A stretch of 64,000 nt of DNA from Octopus sinensis (GCF_006345805.1 NC_043011.1:40064464-40128463), one strand, 5' to 3'; numbered from the stretch's first letter, positions 40,603-55,689 are shown. Numbers and translations: made by a program. Notes: generated by a model not told the origin, from the sequence alone.

Positions 40603-41183
40603 TATATGTGGGGACCAGAATTGCTAGACCTAAATCTTGAAGTGATATGAGATCAAAAACTTTTGGAGGGAGTAAGATAGGAAGCTGTGATGCTCATTCC
40701 TTTCCAAAGAGGATACATTATGTGTAATTGGAATAGTTAGAATGAAAATTGGCTTGCAATACCCCTAACACAAAGGACTGTATGCTTGGTTGAATGGATG
40801 CCCTTCCTGTTGCTGACCCTCACCTGTTTCCAGGAAAGGTAATATTTCCCCCATGATCTGACTTGTTTCCATGGAGGACTGGAAATGAAGGACACCGCAT
40901 GCATGGCAGTAGCACTTGTTTACAACTATCACAAGACATTAAGCTAACGAAACAATAATACATACACACACACACACATACATATGATGGTCTTGTTTTA
41001 GTTTGCATCTACCAAATCCACTCCCAAGGCTTTGGTTGGCCCGGAGCTATGATAGAAAACACTCGCTCAAAGTGGCACACAGTAAGAGTGAGTCCACAAT
41101 GATATGGCTGGGAAGCAAACATCTTACCAATACAGCCACATTTGTGTCTAATCTATCAAAGAAATGAGGTACTTATTACTAAC

Positions 41184-41313
41184 CATAACTAGCAAATGTG
41201 CGCCGTTGTGTTTCAAACTGGAAGTCATTCACATGTGCTGCTTCTACAAAACCCGACAGCATATTACGATCGGCAGAGAACTGCTGTGTAAGAAACGGAT
41301 TTTTAGGTCCAAC
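41184..41313 (-). CDS. CDC40: CDC40/PRP17 pre-mRNA splicing factor, most 5' exon in window (130 nt)
   Basis: Acceptor ttattcctcaacag, donor gttagt. Translates VGPKNPFLTQQFSADRNMLSGFVEAAHVNDFQFETQRRTFASY(G), matching the conserved PRP17 N-terminal block (human FGPENPFRTQQMAAPRNMLSGYAEPAHINDFMFEQQRRTFATYG), including the Gly-Pro that binds PPIL1. Ends in phase 1, matching the next exon. Confidence 0.96.
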
Positions 41314-41455
41314 CTGTTGAGGAATAAAAAAGAAGAAAAATGACTTTAAGAATTACTAAATCATAGAGCAGAGTTTACATTTATGTTCATACATGATAGT
41401 TTTGAATTTATAAGTCATAAGGGAAGAGAGAAGAGGAATGGTATAAATGAGATAA

Positions 41456-41686
41456 GGCGGCGAGCTGGCAGAAACGCTAGCATGCCGGGTGAAATGCGTA
41501 GCCGTATTTCGTCTGACGTTACGTTCTGAGTTCAAATTCCGCCGAGGTCGACTTTGCCTTTCATCCTTTCAGGGTCGATAAATTAAGTACCAGTTACGCA
41601 CTGGGGTCGATGTAATCAACTTAATCCGTATGTCTCTCCTTGTTTGTCCCCTCTGTGTTTAGCCCCTTGTGGGTAGTAAAGAAATA
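41456..41686 (+). mobile_element. Young family-B SINE
   Basis: Near-identical to the 40372 copy; 15-bp TSD ggtataaatgagata (41440-41454 / 41687-41701). Other copies at about 7645-7868, 31151-31330, 42108-42310 and 56753-56975. Confidence 0.88.
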
Positions 41687-44600
41687 GGTATAAATGAGAT
41701 ATAGTTAACACTTGATACCAACCAGCCAGGGACGTTTTTGGTTCTGTAGTACAAAAACCCATAAGCATTCAGATTACTTGTCAAATGTAAAGCTTATCTA
41801 TTTACATGGTTTTGAATCAATCTTGCATTATCTTGTAGCTATGAGATTTTGATGATGTGGCTGTTTAATTTTGAATGACATTGTAGGGTAGGTGTGAGAG
41901 ACTGGAGCTGGCTGGTTTGAGCATAAAACATAAAACAAGTAATATATTTTGGTGGATATGGCCAGTTTAAATGCCAAGGGGATAGATGTTCTTGTTTCAA
42001 ATAAAATCCTCATTTCTTAATTTTATGTAAGACTTTTTCTTTTTGCTAATTAAAATATTTTCCAAGCACCAACTTAATAACAAATGATTAGATATTTTAA
42101 TCTTAAAGCAGTGAGCTGGCAGAATAGTTAGCATATCAGACAAATATGCTTAGCAACATTTTAGTCTCTATGTTCCGAGTTCAAATCCTGCTGAGGTCAA
42201 CATTGCTTTCATCCTTTCAGGGTTAATAAAATAAAGTACCAGCCAAGGACTGGGGCCAAGATAACTGACTTAATCACATGTTCTAAAAAAAAATTGCTAG
42301 TCTTCTACTAAAATCTGAACCTGTATTTCACAAAATCCTCCAAATTGTTGATTATTTTTCAAAATTAAATGAAAGACAGGCAGTGTAATTAATTATGAAC
42401 AGGATCACAGAAAGAGGTTATAAACTCTTGGAAAGTTTTGTGAAATTTTTTCATTTTTTAAGAGAGTGCAGGGTGGGTGGAAATGCATCTCAAGGAAACG
42501 AGTTCTAAAGTTTACAAAAACGGTTGAGTGGTTAAGACACTCACTATGCGGCCATGTGGTTTCAGGTTGGTCACTCTGCATGGCATCTTGGACAAGTGTC
42601 TTCTTCCATAGCCCCAGGGTGACCAATGCCTTATGTGTGAATTTGGTAGATGGAAACAGTAGAAACTCATTGTGTATATAAATATATGCCCATATATGTT
42701 GTGTGTGTTGTGTTTGTCCCCCTCCACCAGTTGACAACTGGTACTGGTTTGTTTATGTCCCTGTAATTTAGCAGTTTGGTAAAAAAAAAAAGAGGTTGAT
42801 ATAAATACAAGGTTTATTTAAAAGACAAACAAAAAGAAATAAGTAGTGGGGTCAATTTGTTTGACTTAACCCTTGAAGGTGGTGCCCCAGCATGGTCACA
42901 GTCCAATGATTGAAACAAGTGAAAGATAAAAGAACCACCCATTCTAAGTTCTTGATGGATGTTTTGCCAGCAGATGCACACTGGGTATGCTGGTTCAAAC
43001 CATGATGGCAGCTAAAATAAGAAAAAAAAAAGATACATTAGGTGCCGGTATGGCTATGTGGTAAGAAGCTTGCTTCCCAACCATATGGTTTTGGGTTCAG
43101 CCCCGCTGCATGGCACCTTGGGCAAGTGTCTTCCACTATAGCCTAGTGAGTGGACTTGGTAGATGGAAACTGAAAGAAGCCCGTTGTGCCACTGGCATGG
43201 GAGCTAGTCAGGGGTTACTGGCGTTGGCCACATTAAAAAGCACCATCCGAACGTGGCTGATGCCAGTATCCGCTAACTGGCTCCCATGCTGATGGCACAG
43301 TCTCAGAGTGGTTGGAATTAGGAAGGGCATCCAGCTGTAGAAACATTGCCAGATCAGATTGGAGCCTGGTGCAGGTGCTGGCTCTCCAGACCTCAGTCAA
43401 ACTGTCCAACCCATGCCAGCATGGAAAGCGGATGTTAAATGATGATGATGATGATTTTACATTGCAGCCTTTCACAAATTTTTAAACACAGAATATGAAT
43501 CCCCAGCATATAGATCTTTTGTGGAGCCCCAGGGGTCTGCGAACCCAGAGTTAGGAATGGCAGGTCAAAGGACAGCATGACACAGTAGGACTAACAAGAT
43601 TAATAGAGGTAAAGGCAGTGTACGTGCAACACATTTGAATGAACAGAAATCTTAGCTGTATGCTTAGAACACATAGAAGGCAGATACAGTTCAAGAGTGG
43701 CCGAGTGGTTGTGGAATGGTAGTAAGTAAGAAGTGTTTGACTATCACACAGATGGTCTTTGCATGTACCACATACTAGTTATGTCTGAATACTATTTCGG
43801 TGTAAAGGCGTCATTGTCCATTGTGGAAATTAAACTAGCTGTTTTTGTGCTGAAGAATTCGTGGTTTTATTGCTTCCAAACTATTTTTAAAACAACATTT
43901 TTAATTGAAAAAAAGAAAGGAAAGTAAGAAAAAAAAAAAAAAAGAAGGAATATGAGGGTGTGTGCTGTGGGTATGAGTTTATTGGCCACATAACTGTGAG
44001 ATCAAATCATCGTAAACACAGCTACAAATCCCTGGTCTACTAATCTGATCAACGACCAAAATAGCATGTTTACAAACATATATGTGTATGTAAGTATGTA
44101 TGTGTATATATGTATGTATATGTATATAAATTAGAGAAGAACCACCAGGTAGCAATTCAACAATGAAATATATACATATATACATACCAACAGCACATAC
44201 CCTCATATATATAACACAACACATATACGTGCACATAACTTAAATATTATATATACATACACATGAACAACTAAAAAAAGTCCTATACATATAACCAAAA
44301 CACTAGAGAGAGAGAGAGGAGACAGAGAGAGAGAAAGAGAGAGACAGAGACAGAATGTGTGTGAGTGAGCATGTGTGTCATTTTCATAGTGCAATTTGAC
44401 AGCTTGTTCTGAATCTAAGAAGTGATACTTTTTAAGTTCTTTTATTTTTTGTATTTGATGTTGTGTGTATTTCAAAACAATTCTTTAAGAGTACAGTTTA
44501 CCAGAGTTTAAGAGAAAGTAAAACATATAAACATGTGTGTGTGTGTATGTAAGGCTGTCATGCAGGAGTGGTGTTCCCTGTGCCTACAGAATTTTTAACT

Positions 44601-45567
44601 CTAGAATTAGGGGGAACAGCACTAAACAATAGGCAACACTCGGAAAACTTTTTTTTAACAATAATATACGTGCTTATTCAACAAAACCGTATCAAGAAAG
44701 TTGATTGGACTACCGGGGTGGGGATTTAAGCGTAGTGAGGTGCAATCTTTTTCCTAGTTTTGACTTTTACCAGACAACACATGCATACCCGTACATAAAT
44801 TATATATATAATTTATTAAATTATAAGGGTGTTGAATGATTGCAACACCAGTCTGCTAGAAATAGAGCCCAAATGGTCTATGAATCACTTAGATTATTAC
44901 TCCACTACACAAGGTTATAAGTGAGGAAAATAAACGGTGAGGATTTATAAAATAAGTTGGATAGAACCATATCTATAGATTTCATGGTTTGAGTTATTAA
45001 AAACCCTTTCCAATACATACATACATATATATATATATATGTTCTTTTATTTGTTTCAGTCATTTGATTGTTGCAGCCATGCTGGGGCACTGCCTTTAGT
45101 CAAACAAATCAACCCCAGGACTTATTCTTTGTAAGCCTAGCACTTATTCTATCAGTTATTTTTGCTGAACCGCTAAGTTATGGGGACGTAAACACACCAA
45201 CACAAGTTGCCAAATAATGATGGAGGGGACAAACCCAGACACAAACATACATACATACACACACGCACACACTTATACAACAGGCTTCTTTCAGTTTCCG
45301 TCTACCAAATCCACTCACAAGCCTTTGATTGGCCCAAGGCTATAATAGAAGACAGTCGCCCAAAGTGCCATGCAGTGAGACTGAACCCAGAACGATGTGG
45401 TTGGTAAGCAAACTACTTACCATGCAGCCACTCCTGAGCCTATATCTATCTATCTATATATGTATGTGTGTATATATCTCTCTATATATGTATGTATGTA
45501 TATCTCTCTCTATATATGTATATATCTATCTATATATGTATATATATATATATATATATAATATATA

Positions 45568-45613
<46 letters not shown>

Positions 45614-46340
45614 TCTTTTAATATATATTCTTTTGTCTCAGTCATAGGGCTGTGGCCATGCTGGGGCACCATCTTGAAGAATGTTAGTTGAATGTATCAA
45701 CCCCAATACTTTTATTTTTTCATGCCTGGTACTTATTCTATCAGTCTCTTCTGCCAAACTGCCAAAGTTACAGAGACATAAACACCAGTTTTCAAGCAAT
45801 GATGGGGGACAAACATTCACACAGAGAAATATATGTATGACAACACCCCAACACATCCCCCCCCCACACACACAATGGGCCTCTTTCAGTTTCTGCCTAC
45901 CAAATCCACTCAGAAGGCTTTTGTTGGCCTGAGGCTGTACTAGACAATTGTGCAAAATGCCATGCAGTGGGACTGAACCCAGCACCATGTAGTAGGGATT
46001 ATATATATATATACATATCATATATTTATTATCATTTACTTGCTTCAGTCAATTGGAGTGCAGAAATGAAGTGCGGGGTAGGGGGGTACCACCTTCAAGG
46101 ATTTAGTTGAACAAATCAACCTAGAAAGTATTTTAAGAGCTGAGCACTTATTCTAGCAATCTCTTTTGCTGAAACACTAACTTGAAGGGGATGTAAACAA
46201 ACCAAAACCGGTTGAGAAGCAGTGGAGAGGGGGGGGAACAAACACAAAGACACAAACATACAAACACACACTTATGCGACAGGAGGCTTCCAGGAAGTTT
46301 CCATCTTCCAAATATCCAAACAGAAACAGTAGCACACACT

Positions 46341-46569
46341 TTAACCCTTTAGCATTTAAACCGGCCATATCCGGTCAAAAGTATTCTGCTTGTTTTATGT
46401 TCAAACTGGCCATATCTGATCTCTCACACCAACCCTACAATATCATCTTAAAAATTAACAGCTACCCCATCAAAATCTCATAACTACAAGATAATGCATG
46501 ATTAGTTCAAAACAATGTGGATAAAAAAGCATTAGTTTTGGCAGAATAATGCGAACACTAAAGGGTTAA
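46341..46569. mobile_element. piggyBac-type MITE (family E)
   Basis: TTAA at both ends with TIR ccctttag...ctaaaggg. Copies at 47111-47338, 3739-3966, 40048-40275 and about 41760-41980; split copies at 1237-2193 and 26913-27444. Confidence 0.85.
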
Positions 46570-47584
46570 ATAAATATATATTACTGTCCAGTGACAGTAA
46601 GATCAACAAAAGAAGTGAGAGATAAATATTATCCAATTAACACACAGTATAATATCAGGCTCACAACCACGAGGTAGTGAGTTCAATTCCCAGACCAGAC
46701 TGTGTGTCATGTTCTTGAGCAAGACACTTTGTTTTCACACTGCTTCAGTTCACTCAGCTGTGGAAGTGAGTTGTGATGTCACTGATGCCAAACTGTATTG
46801 GCCCCTTTACCTTTCCCTTGAAACATCGGTGGTGTGGAGAGGGAAGGCTGTTACACATGGGAGACTGCTGGTCTTCCATAAACAACCTTGTCTGGACTAG
46901 TGCCTCAGAGGGGAACTTTGTAGATGACGAAGGGGCTCTTTAACCTTTATATTTTTATAAGCTAATAGTTTCATGCGATGAAAACATCTCAGATAGCATT
47001 TTTAACATGAATGGTGCCTTCACGCAATCTTCAGGTTGTCCCTACATGGCACTGACTCTTTTCCATTTCTTCAAGCTTCATGATGAAGAGGCAATCAACA
47101 AAGAAATGCTTTAACCCTTTAGTGTTTAAACCGGCCATACCCGGCCAAAATATTCTACCTATTTTATGTTCAAACTAGTCAGATATGGTCATTCATAGCT
47201 ACCTTATTGTGTCATTTAAAAAATAAACAATCACATCATTGAAATCTCAAAGCCATGAAATGATGCAAGATTAATTTTACATGGTGTGAATACATAAGCT
47301 TTACATTTGACAGAATAATCTGAATGCTAAAGGGTTAAATCATTTCTTCATTGGCACATTCGTTTACTTTGTTGCTTATTTCAGTTGTTTGACTGTGGCC
47401 AAGCTGGAGCAGTTTTTAGTCAAAGAAAGTTTTTTAGTCGAATAAATCAACCCCAGGACTTATTCTATCAGTCTCTTCTTGTGAGCTGCTAAGTTATGGG
47501 GACGTAAACACACCAAACTTAGTTGTCAAGAAATGGTGGTGGGAGACAAACACAAACAATAACATGCATGCATGCGTGCGTGCG

Positions 47585-47620
<36 letters not shown>

Positions 47621-48398
47621 TATACACACACAACGGGCTTCTTTCAGTTTCTGACTACCAAATCCACTCACAAGGCTTCAGTTGGCCTGAGGCTATAGTA
47701 GGAGACATTTGCCCAAGGTGCCATGCAGCGGGACTGAACCCGGAACCATGTGGTTGGGAAGCAAATGCTTCTTACCGTACAGCCATGCCTGTGTTTACTA
47801 TTTGGAAATAGCTTCCCCAGAAAGAAACTTGAAGTAATATAAAAGATGTCAAATTCACAATACAGAAGCACACACACGCACACATGCATGAATGCATTCA
47901 CATACATATTTACATAGACACTTGCTTATACTTATATTTACATGCACCATAAACATGTCTCATGAATATATAATTCGTAGATACGTGTACCTCTGAGTGT
48001 GTGTACATGTCTGTGTGTAAATTATTCCTGGCAATATATCACAGTAACATGATACAAAACAAACTAGAATTTACTATAAACAATTAGCCTGGAGGATAGT
48101 GCCTATGTGTGTGTGTGTGTGTGGTGTGTGTGTGTATGAGTAGGGGAGATAGGGAGTAGAAGTGAGTGTATGGGTGTCTGTGTGAATCATATATAAAGTA
48201 AAAGAGTTTGCATATGTGTGTGTGTGCGTAAGAGAGAGAGAGAGAGAGAGAGTGAAAGTGGGTGGGTGAGTGTGTGCATTTGTGCATGTGTACCAGAAAC
48301 CGACATGTACATGTGTGCAAGAAACAGACATGTCAAGTATATATAAAATGAAAGTGTGTAAGAAAAATATGCTAAAAGAGATATTTATGTGTGGTGTG

Positions 48399-48449
<51 letters not shown>

Positions 48450-51409
48450 ACACACACACACCCAGAGTGATAGCAAGAAATAAGAGATGTATTGTGTGTT
48501 CTATGAATTAATTAGTTAACACAAACATCTCAGCTTTTCTCAGTCCACAGTCCAATGATGGTGATGATGAGGGTAATAATGCTGTTATTGACATTCTTGA
48601 TTTTCTCTCTCTCTTTTTTTTCAGAGGGTTCAATGAATTATCAAATGGTACAAAACGGTAGCAACAAAGAGCCAAAACAAATTCCATAAGCATGTTTCGG
48701 TGCCCAGCTGTAGAAGTGTACCTCACTAGTAATTACTAATACGAACAAGAAATGCATGAATCTTTCTAATATAAGCACAAGGCCTGAAATTTTAGGTGGG
48801 AGGGAGTCAATTACATTGATCCCCAGTGCTCAGCTGGTACTTATTCTAGCGACCTTGAAAGGATGAAAGGCAAACTTGACCCTGGCAGGATTTGAACTCA
48901 GAATGTAACGAACACCGCACAACCTTTATAGCTACATACACATATGCACGCACTCATCTTCAAGCTAAATGTATCAGTAACTTCACGGTGTTGTTACCCG
49001 CTGCCGTCAGCTACAGACTAACTCTGTTAGTCAATGTTTTAACTTAAATATGTTTTGTGCATAACATGAAGATGAAATTCTAACTATGACATACCATAAA
49101 AACACAAGTGGCAGACAAACAGACAGAACATTGTTTTTGAATCTTGTATCATTCACATGATATGTCATCTGCTCTCTCATATGATACCTGGTACCTGTAA
49201 GGTCACAGTCTACCAATCTACCTTGGAAGCATCATTTGTTTGTTTTTCTTTCCTCTCCTCCGCCTGCCTTCTGAAGCTCTGCATGCTCCATTACAATCTA
49301 TTCTTTCTTTAGTTACATTTCTTGTTCCAACTGTTTACAACTTTCGCTCCTTTCTTTGCCCACCTGAGTACTAGACATGTGGGTCATTCTTCAGCGATTC
49401 ATTGGCTGATTCTGTGTCATGTGCTTGCTCCAGTAGATCTGTCTGGGATAGCTCAGTAGCAACAAGAGCAGCAGCAGTTTGCTGTTATGATAACAAATAG
49501 CACTGACAGAGTATCAACACTATTGGAGTACAGCTCTGTAGCAGGAGTTGAGCTAGCTGATGTATTAATAAATGGGAATGAGACATTCTGGCACAGCTGT
49601 TACGGTTCTGTTTATTTGGCATCACTGAGTCGAATCTGATTTCACATCAGACGTCTCAATGTTTCTCTCTGTCTTTCTCTCTCTGTTTATACATCTGAGT
49701 ACATTTCTCTTTATATGTATGAGGAGAGGGAGAGTGCTAATGTTGCTTGTGTTCAATTAATAAAATGTAGTCTCACTCTGTCTCCTTCACTCACTCTATT
49801 TGTATGTGTATGTTTCTGTGCATGATTTGTTTGCCCCCAGTGCCAAAAAGTACTATAGCCAAAATAGATTCAATGCCCAGTCAGCTGTGCCAAATCTCCA
49901 GCATCTAAACTACATAATATCTTTGAACATAATTCTACTGGATCAAGGCTGATCCCGAGAGGAACAACAGCTCATATTTAGTCATTCTGACTGGCCCCCA
50001 CTCCTACATCCCATAAACCATTTCAATGCATAAACCAATGGAAGCAAAAAAAAAAAAAAAATGCATGCATACACATGCATATTTCTGCACACATTGCATC
50101 TGCCTGATTTCACTCAGAACGCATTGGCCAGCCTGAGGTGCCATGCAATTGGACGAAACCTGAAACAACATGGATGTAAAAGCAAATTTCTTAACCACAG
50201 AGCCATTCCTGTATACATAGACATGTCTGAGGAGATCATATAAATAGTAGAAGGCCAGGTGAGAATTAAACTGGCACAACCAACTCGTTCATACCCAACC
50301 AATTATATCACCATTATACCAGCCAACCAGCTAATCAGCAAATAGTCAGCTAACTTAAGTGAAATACTTAACCACAAAAATTCCTATAAACAAGACATTA
50401 ACACTATATATAATATATATATATATATTTACATTTATATGAAAGCAACCAACGAGAAAGAAAGCACATTTTTTTAATAAGCAGCACTTAAGAACGGCAT
50501 TTTGTTTTGTTCTGTATTCTTTGTTTTACGAAAATCTTTTTGATGCCAAAATAAAGTGCAGCAGCACTGACATTATGAATGCAGAACTGCACCAATGAGG
50601 CATTTCATCTCAGATATTGCATTTGGAGATTTGGGATTTTGTCATCAACCACAATAGATAATAAATAAATAAAATAAAATAAACAAATAAAATCCATCAA
50701 ATTATTTGTTATTGGTTTATACAAATGAGAAGTTAATGTCAAAGATCTAAAAAGATCTCTTGTTGCCATTGTTGCTTCTCCCAGCACAATTACAAATATA
50801 ACAAGTCCATGAGAAAGCCTCTGTGCACCTGGTTAACTTGCTAAACAAAACAGACAAATCTCCCTCAAACAATGCCCAATTGTCTAAAGAAAGGGAAAAA
50901 CACATTTGATGATATAGTCTCATATACATACATATATACATACATACGTATATATTCTTTTACTTGTTTCAGTCATTTGACTGTGGCCATGTAGGAGCAC
51001 CACCTTTTAGTTGAAGAAAATGATCCCAGTACTTATTCTATTGGTCTCTTTTGCTGAACTGCTAAGTTATGGGGAAGTAAACATGCCAACATCAGTTGTC
51101 AAGAGATGGTAGTGGTAGTGGGAGCAGCAGACAAACCAGACACAAAGATACATGCACACAAATATATACATACTTACTTCTGTGTGTGTGTGTGTATGTA
51201 TGTATATATATATGATAGGCTTCTTTCAGTTTCCATCTACCAAATCCACTCACAAGGCTTTGGTCGGCCTGAAGCTATAGCAGAAGACATTTGCCCAAGG
51301 TGCCATACAGTGGGACTGAACCCAGAACCATGTGGTTGGTAAGCAAGCTTCTTACCACACAACCATGCTTAGAAAGGAACTGAGCTGAAGCTAATCACTA
51401 ATAACTAAT

Positions 51410-52845
51410 AAACCTTTCTAGTATAGGCACAAAGGCCTCAATTTTAAGGGAAGGGGAAGAGTCAATTACATCAGCCCTAGTATGCAACAGGTACTTATTT
51501 TATCAACCCAGAAAGGATGCAGCTGAACCAGCAGAATTTGAACCCAGAATGTAATGAGTCAAAAGAAGGATTCTGAAAGCTTGTTGCCTTTTATAATAGT
51601 AATAATAATAATAACAGTAATAGTAATAATAATCGTTTCTACTATATGCACAAGGCCTAAAATTTGGGGGTGAGGCCTAGTCAATTATGTCAACACCAAT
51701 GTTTCACTGGTACCTAGTTTATCAACCCTGAAAGGATGAAAGGTAAAGTCAACCTTCGAGGAATTTGAATAACAACAACAACAACAAAGATGATGGACTC
51801 TCTCAACGAAGATGGTATATGAGCGTTCAGTTTTTTCTGAGCAACGTGCACAAATGATTTGATAATAATGATCAAATGTTTGTGCCGCACATTGGCTCAC
51901 TCTCATGTGTCAGGTGTCAAAGTAATTGGAGAGCAACGCAAGATAAAGCAGTTTGCTTCAAAGCACAATGCACCACCCGGTCTAGGAATTAAAACCATGA
52001 TCTCGTGATCACGAGTGAAACACCCTAACCTCTAAGCCATGCACCCTCAATGATGATAATAATAATCTTTTCTACTAAAGGTACAAGGCCTGAAATTTGG
52101 GGGAAGGGGACTAGTCGATTACATTGACCCCAGTGTTTCAGAGGTACTTAATTTATTGACTCTGAAAGGATGAAAGACAAAGTCAACCTCAGTGGAATTT
52201 CTCAATAATAATAATAATAACGATAATAATAATAATAATAATAATAATAATTATTATTATTACTTCTACTCTCGGCATAAGGCCTTGAAAATTTTTTGGG
52301 GAAGGGGGCTAGTCAGTTACAACAACCCCAGAGTGTAACTGGTACTTATTTCATCGACCCCAAAAGGATGAAAAGCAAAGTTGACCTTGATGGAATTTGA
52401 ACTCAGAATGTCAAGGCAGACGAAATACCGCTAGGCACTTTGCCCAGTGTGCTAACAATTCTGTCAGCTCGGCGCCTTAATAACAATAATAATAATCCTT
52501 TCTACTGAAGGCACAAGGACTGAAATTGGGAGTGGGAGGGGACTAGTCGATTACATCGACCCCAGTACTCAACTGGTACTTAATTTATCAACCCGGAAAG
52601 GATGAAAGGCAGAGTCGACCTCAGCAGAATTTGAACTCCATAGTAATAATGGTTTCAAACTTTGAGGGCAAGGTGACAGTCAAATACAGTGACAAACCGC
52701 CCCCCCCACGTGCTCAACTGGTACTTTGTTTATCAACCCTGAAAGAGAGAAAGGCAAGTTTGAACTCAGAATGTAACGCAAAAAGAAATGCTGTGAAACA
52801 TTTTGTCCGACTTGATAATGATTCAGCCAGAATGCTGCCTAAACA
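51410..52845 (-). mobile_element. Cluster of about 6 head-to-tail family-B-related SINEs with (ATT)n tails
   Basis: Recurrent aataatcctttctacta..ggcacaaggcctgaaattt..gattacatcgaccccagt..ctggtacttaatttatc..gaaaggatgaaaggcaaagtcgacc at about 51410, 51630, 52062, 52260, 52492 and 52670, separated by (AAT)n. Similar pair at 20772-21225. Confidence 0.8.
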
Positions 52846-53554
52846 ATAATCACGATGACGATGACGACGACGACGATGATGATGATGATCTTAAAAGAGT
52901 TTCCACTCTCACCACTGTCACTATTGCCATAAAACTATTTAATGCAATGCCAAAGAATTTTCCAATTCAGACGGTTTCTGGGGAAGAAGAAAAAAAAAAT
53001 CTCAATTGGAAATGAAATGCTTTTGGAAAAAAAAAAAAATCACACCCTCTTCTCACGTGTGAGAAAATATATATACATATAGCACACACACAATACACAT
53101 ACATTGTAGTTGTGTGTGTGTGTGTGTAGAATGTTTTCAGTTGGGAAGGAGTTCCTTTTGTTTGTATTGATTACCTGCCAGAAAATTCATATCAGAATGT
53201 TTAAGTTTATTTATTAGTGAAATGTACTCATTAATCAACAATAAAAAAGAGGAGAGAAAATGGAGGAGGAAGAAGAAAGAAAAAGAACAAAAAAAAAAAG
53301 AAAAGAAAAAAACATGACAGAATATAACAAAAACCAAAAGAAAAACTTCTGAAGAAGCAGAAACCATTTTAGCCAAAGTTTTATCATAAGAGCAACAGTT
53401 TAGAATCTGATTATTCATGATAATGCAAAAAGGCAAAAGGCAAGATATTAGATGGGGGGAGGAGGGAAGCATAAAAAAAAAAAAAGAATTCAATTGAAAT
53501 ATACATCATCTCATTTCTTTGTAGACATCAGAGATAGAATCACATGACTGATAT

Positions 53555-53800
53555 TGCAATATCATTGTCTTTGTTATTGCCGTTGTCGTCTTCATTATTA
53601 TTGCTATCATCACTATTATCATCATCATCATTATTACCACTGCCATCATATCATCATCATTATTATTGCCATGATCATCATTGTTGCTATCATTGCTATC
53701 ATCGCCATCATCACCAACATCATTGCTATCATTACCATTGCCATCGTCATTGCTATCATTATCATCGCTATCATCATTACCATCATCATCCTCATCATTT
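53555..53800. repeat. Degenerate (CAT/TAT/CGT)n trinucleotide tract
   Basis: Visible triplet repeats; source of the poly-His/Ile/Ser ORFs. Confidence 0.9.
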
Positions 53801-55689
53801 TAATCCAATGCTAGTAAGGAGCTGAATGAAGGCTAAATAATACAGTACCTCACCGCCATCACCTACCAGTCTCATGCTGTGTGTGTGTGTGTGTGTGATG
53901 TGATAACATCTATAAGGACCTGCCCCAATATTTTCTTGGCCTGACCTATTTTGTCCATAAAAACTATAGATTTCATTAACATCCACAAAATCTAATGTCC
54001 AATATTCCAAGCCCACATGGGTCAGACAAGATTTACTGAGGCAAATCTTCAACAGCTGGATGCTCTTCCTGTCACCAACTCTCACCTGTTTCCCAGCAGA
54101 GCAGTATTTCCTCACGACCAGGCATGTTTTTCACAATGACTGGAAATGAGAGACACTGATGGCATGATGTTCAGGATGTTCATTTACAACCATCACACAG
54201 ATACATATAGTTATATATACAGTGGTCTTCTTTCAGTTTCCCCTCGACCAAATCCACTCAGTTCAAAGCTAGAGTAGAAAACGCTTGACCAAGGTGCCAC
54301 ACAATGGGACTGAATCCAAGACTACAAGATTGCAAAACAAGAGCTTCTTAACCACACAGCCACGCCTGCAACTGTTCTTAAATGTTAACCCCATTCTGAG
54401 TCACTAGGGTTCATGGGACGTGGACATTATGTTAGAAAAAAACTATACTGCAGTAGATACCATGAAAAAAAAACTCTCATATTCTCTCGAGGTATCTACC
54501 GCAGCGTTGTTTGTTCTAGCAGACCATCCACATTTAAGTGGAGAGAAATATTAACTCTCATTATAAAAACTGCCTCTGTTGCTTAGATGAAACAGTGGGT
54601 TAGACTGACCACAGCCACCCTAAGATGGATGGTGGCATTAAAGCAGACAGTGTGTTAGGTCAACTGTTTGTTCTGTTATAACTGCAGGATACAGTTAAGA
54701 TTACAACTTAGATGTAGTACATACTCAAGAGAATATTGTCGGATTTCTTACATTCTTCAACTAAACATTTCTTTTGTTTTCTGTTTTATATCTTTCCTTT
54801 GATGGCTGTCTCTTTGTTTGTTTCTCTCTCTCTTTCACACACAATATCACAAATTGGACAAAACAAAAAGGCAATTATTGGCACCCGTAAACATGACATT
54901 TAACGATAATAAGGAAACTGTAATAATATGACAGAATACATAAGAAAGATCCTTAACAAGCTGTATGATCTTTGCTTTGGACTTAACCGCCAAAAGTATT
55001 TACATTGGTGCAAACATCCAACCTACGCCTGCATAGGGAAAATAAATGGATGCAAAGATGATCCCACACACACACACAAACACTGGCACTCTGCCGGTTA
55101 TGATGACAAGGGCTCCAGCTGATCCAATCAATGGAACAGCCTGCTCGTGAAATTAACATGCAAGTGGCTGAGTACTCCTCACATACACCAACCCTTAATG
55201 TTGTTCTCTGAGTGATCAAGCATGACACAGAATACGACAAGGCCAACCCCTTTCAATTAAAGGTACAAATCATTTTCGTCAGCTGAGTGGACTGCAGCAA
55301 TATGAAATAAAGTGTCTTGCTCAAGGACACAAAATACTGCTAGGAATCAAATTCATGATCTTATGATCATGAGCCGAAGACCTCTAACCACTAAGTCACA
55401 TCTCTTTTCCCAAAACATACACATACACACGCGTGCACACATCATCATCATCATCACCGACCCACTTGAAATTAGTTATGGTTCTGTTTTTAAAGTGTCC
55501 ATATTCAAATTAAAACTTCTTCACACCATTTTTAAGTAAAAACACTCATGTTACACCCACCATTTTAATAACAACTGAGTGTTCTGTTGTTTTATGAAAT
55601 TCTTTCAAATCCCTCATTGTTCCCAAAATTTGCTGAACACATTAATCCTTTTGTTACCATATTTCTGATGAAATATTTTGCCATTACTC

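Noticed and set aside
48600-48730. Strong + strand splice acceptor
   Set aside because: All three frames close quickly and no convincing donor or homology.
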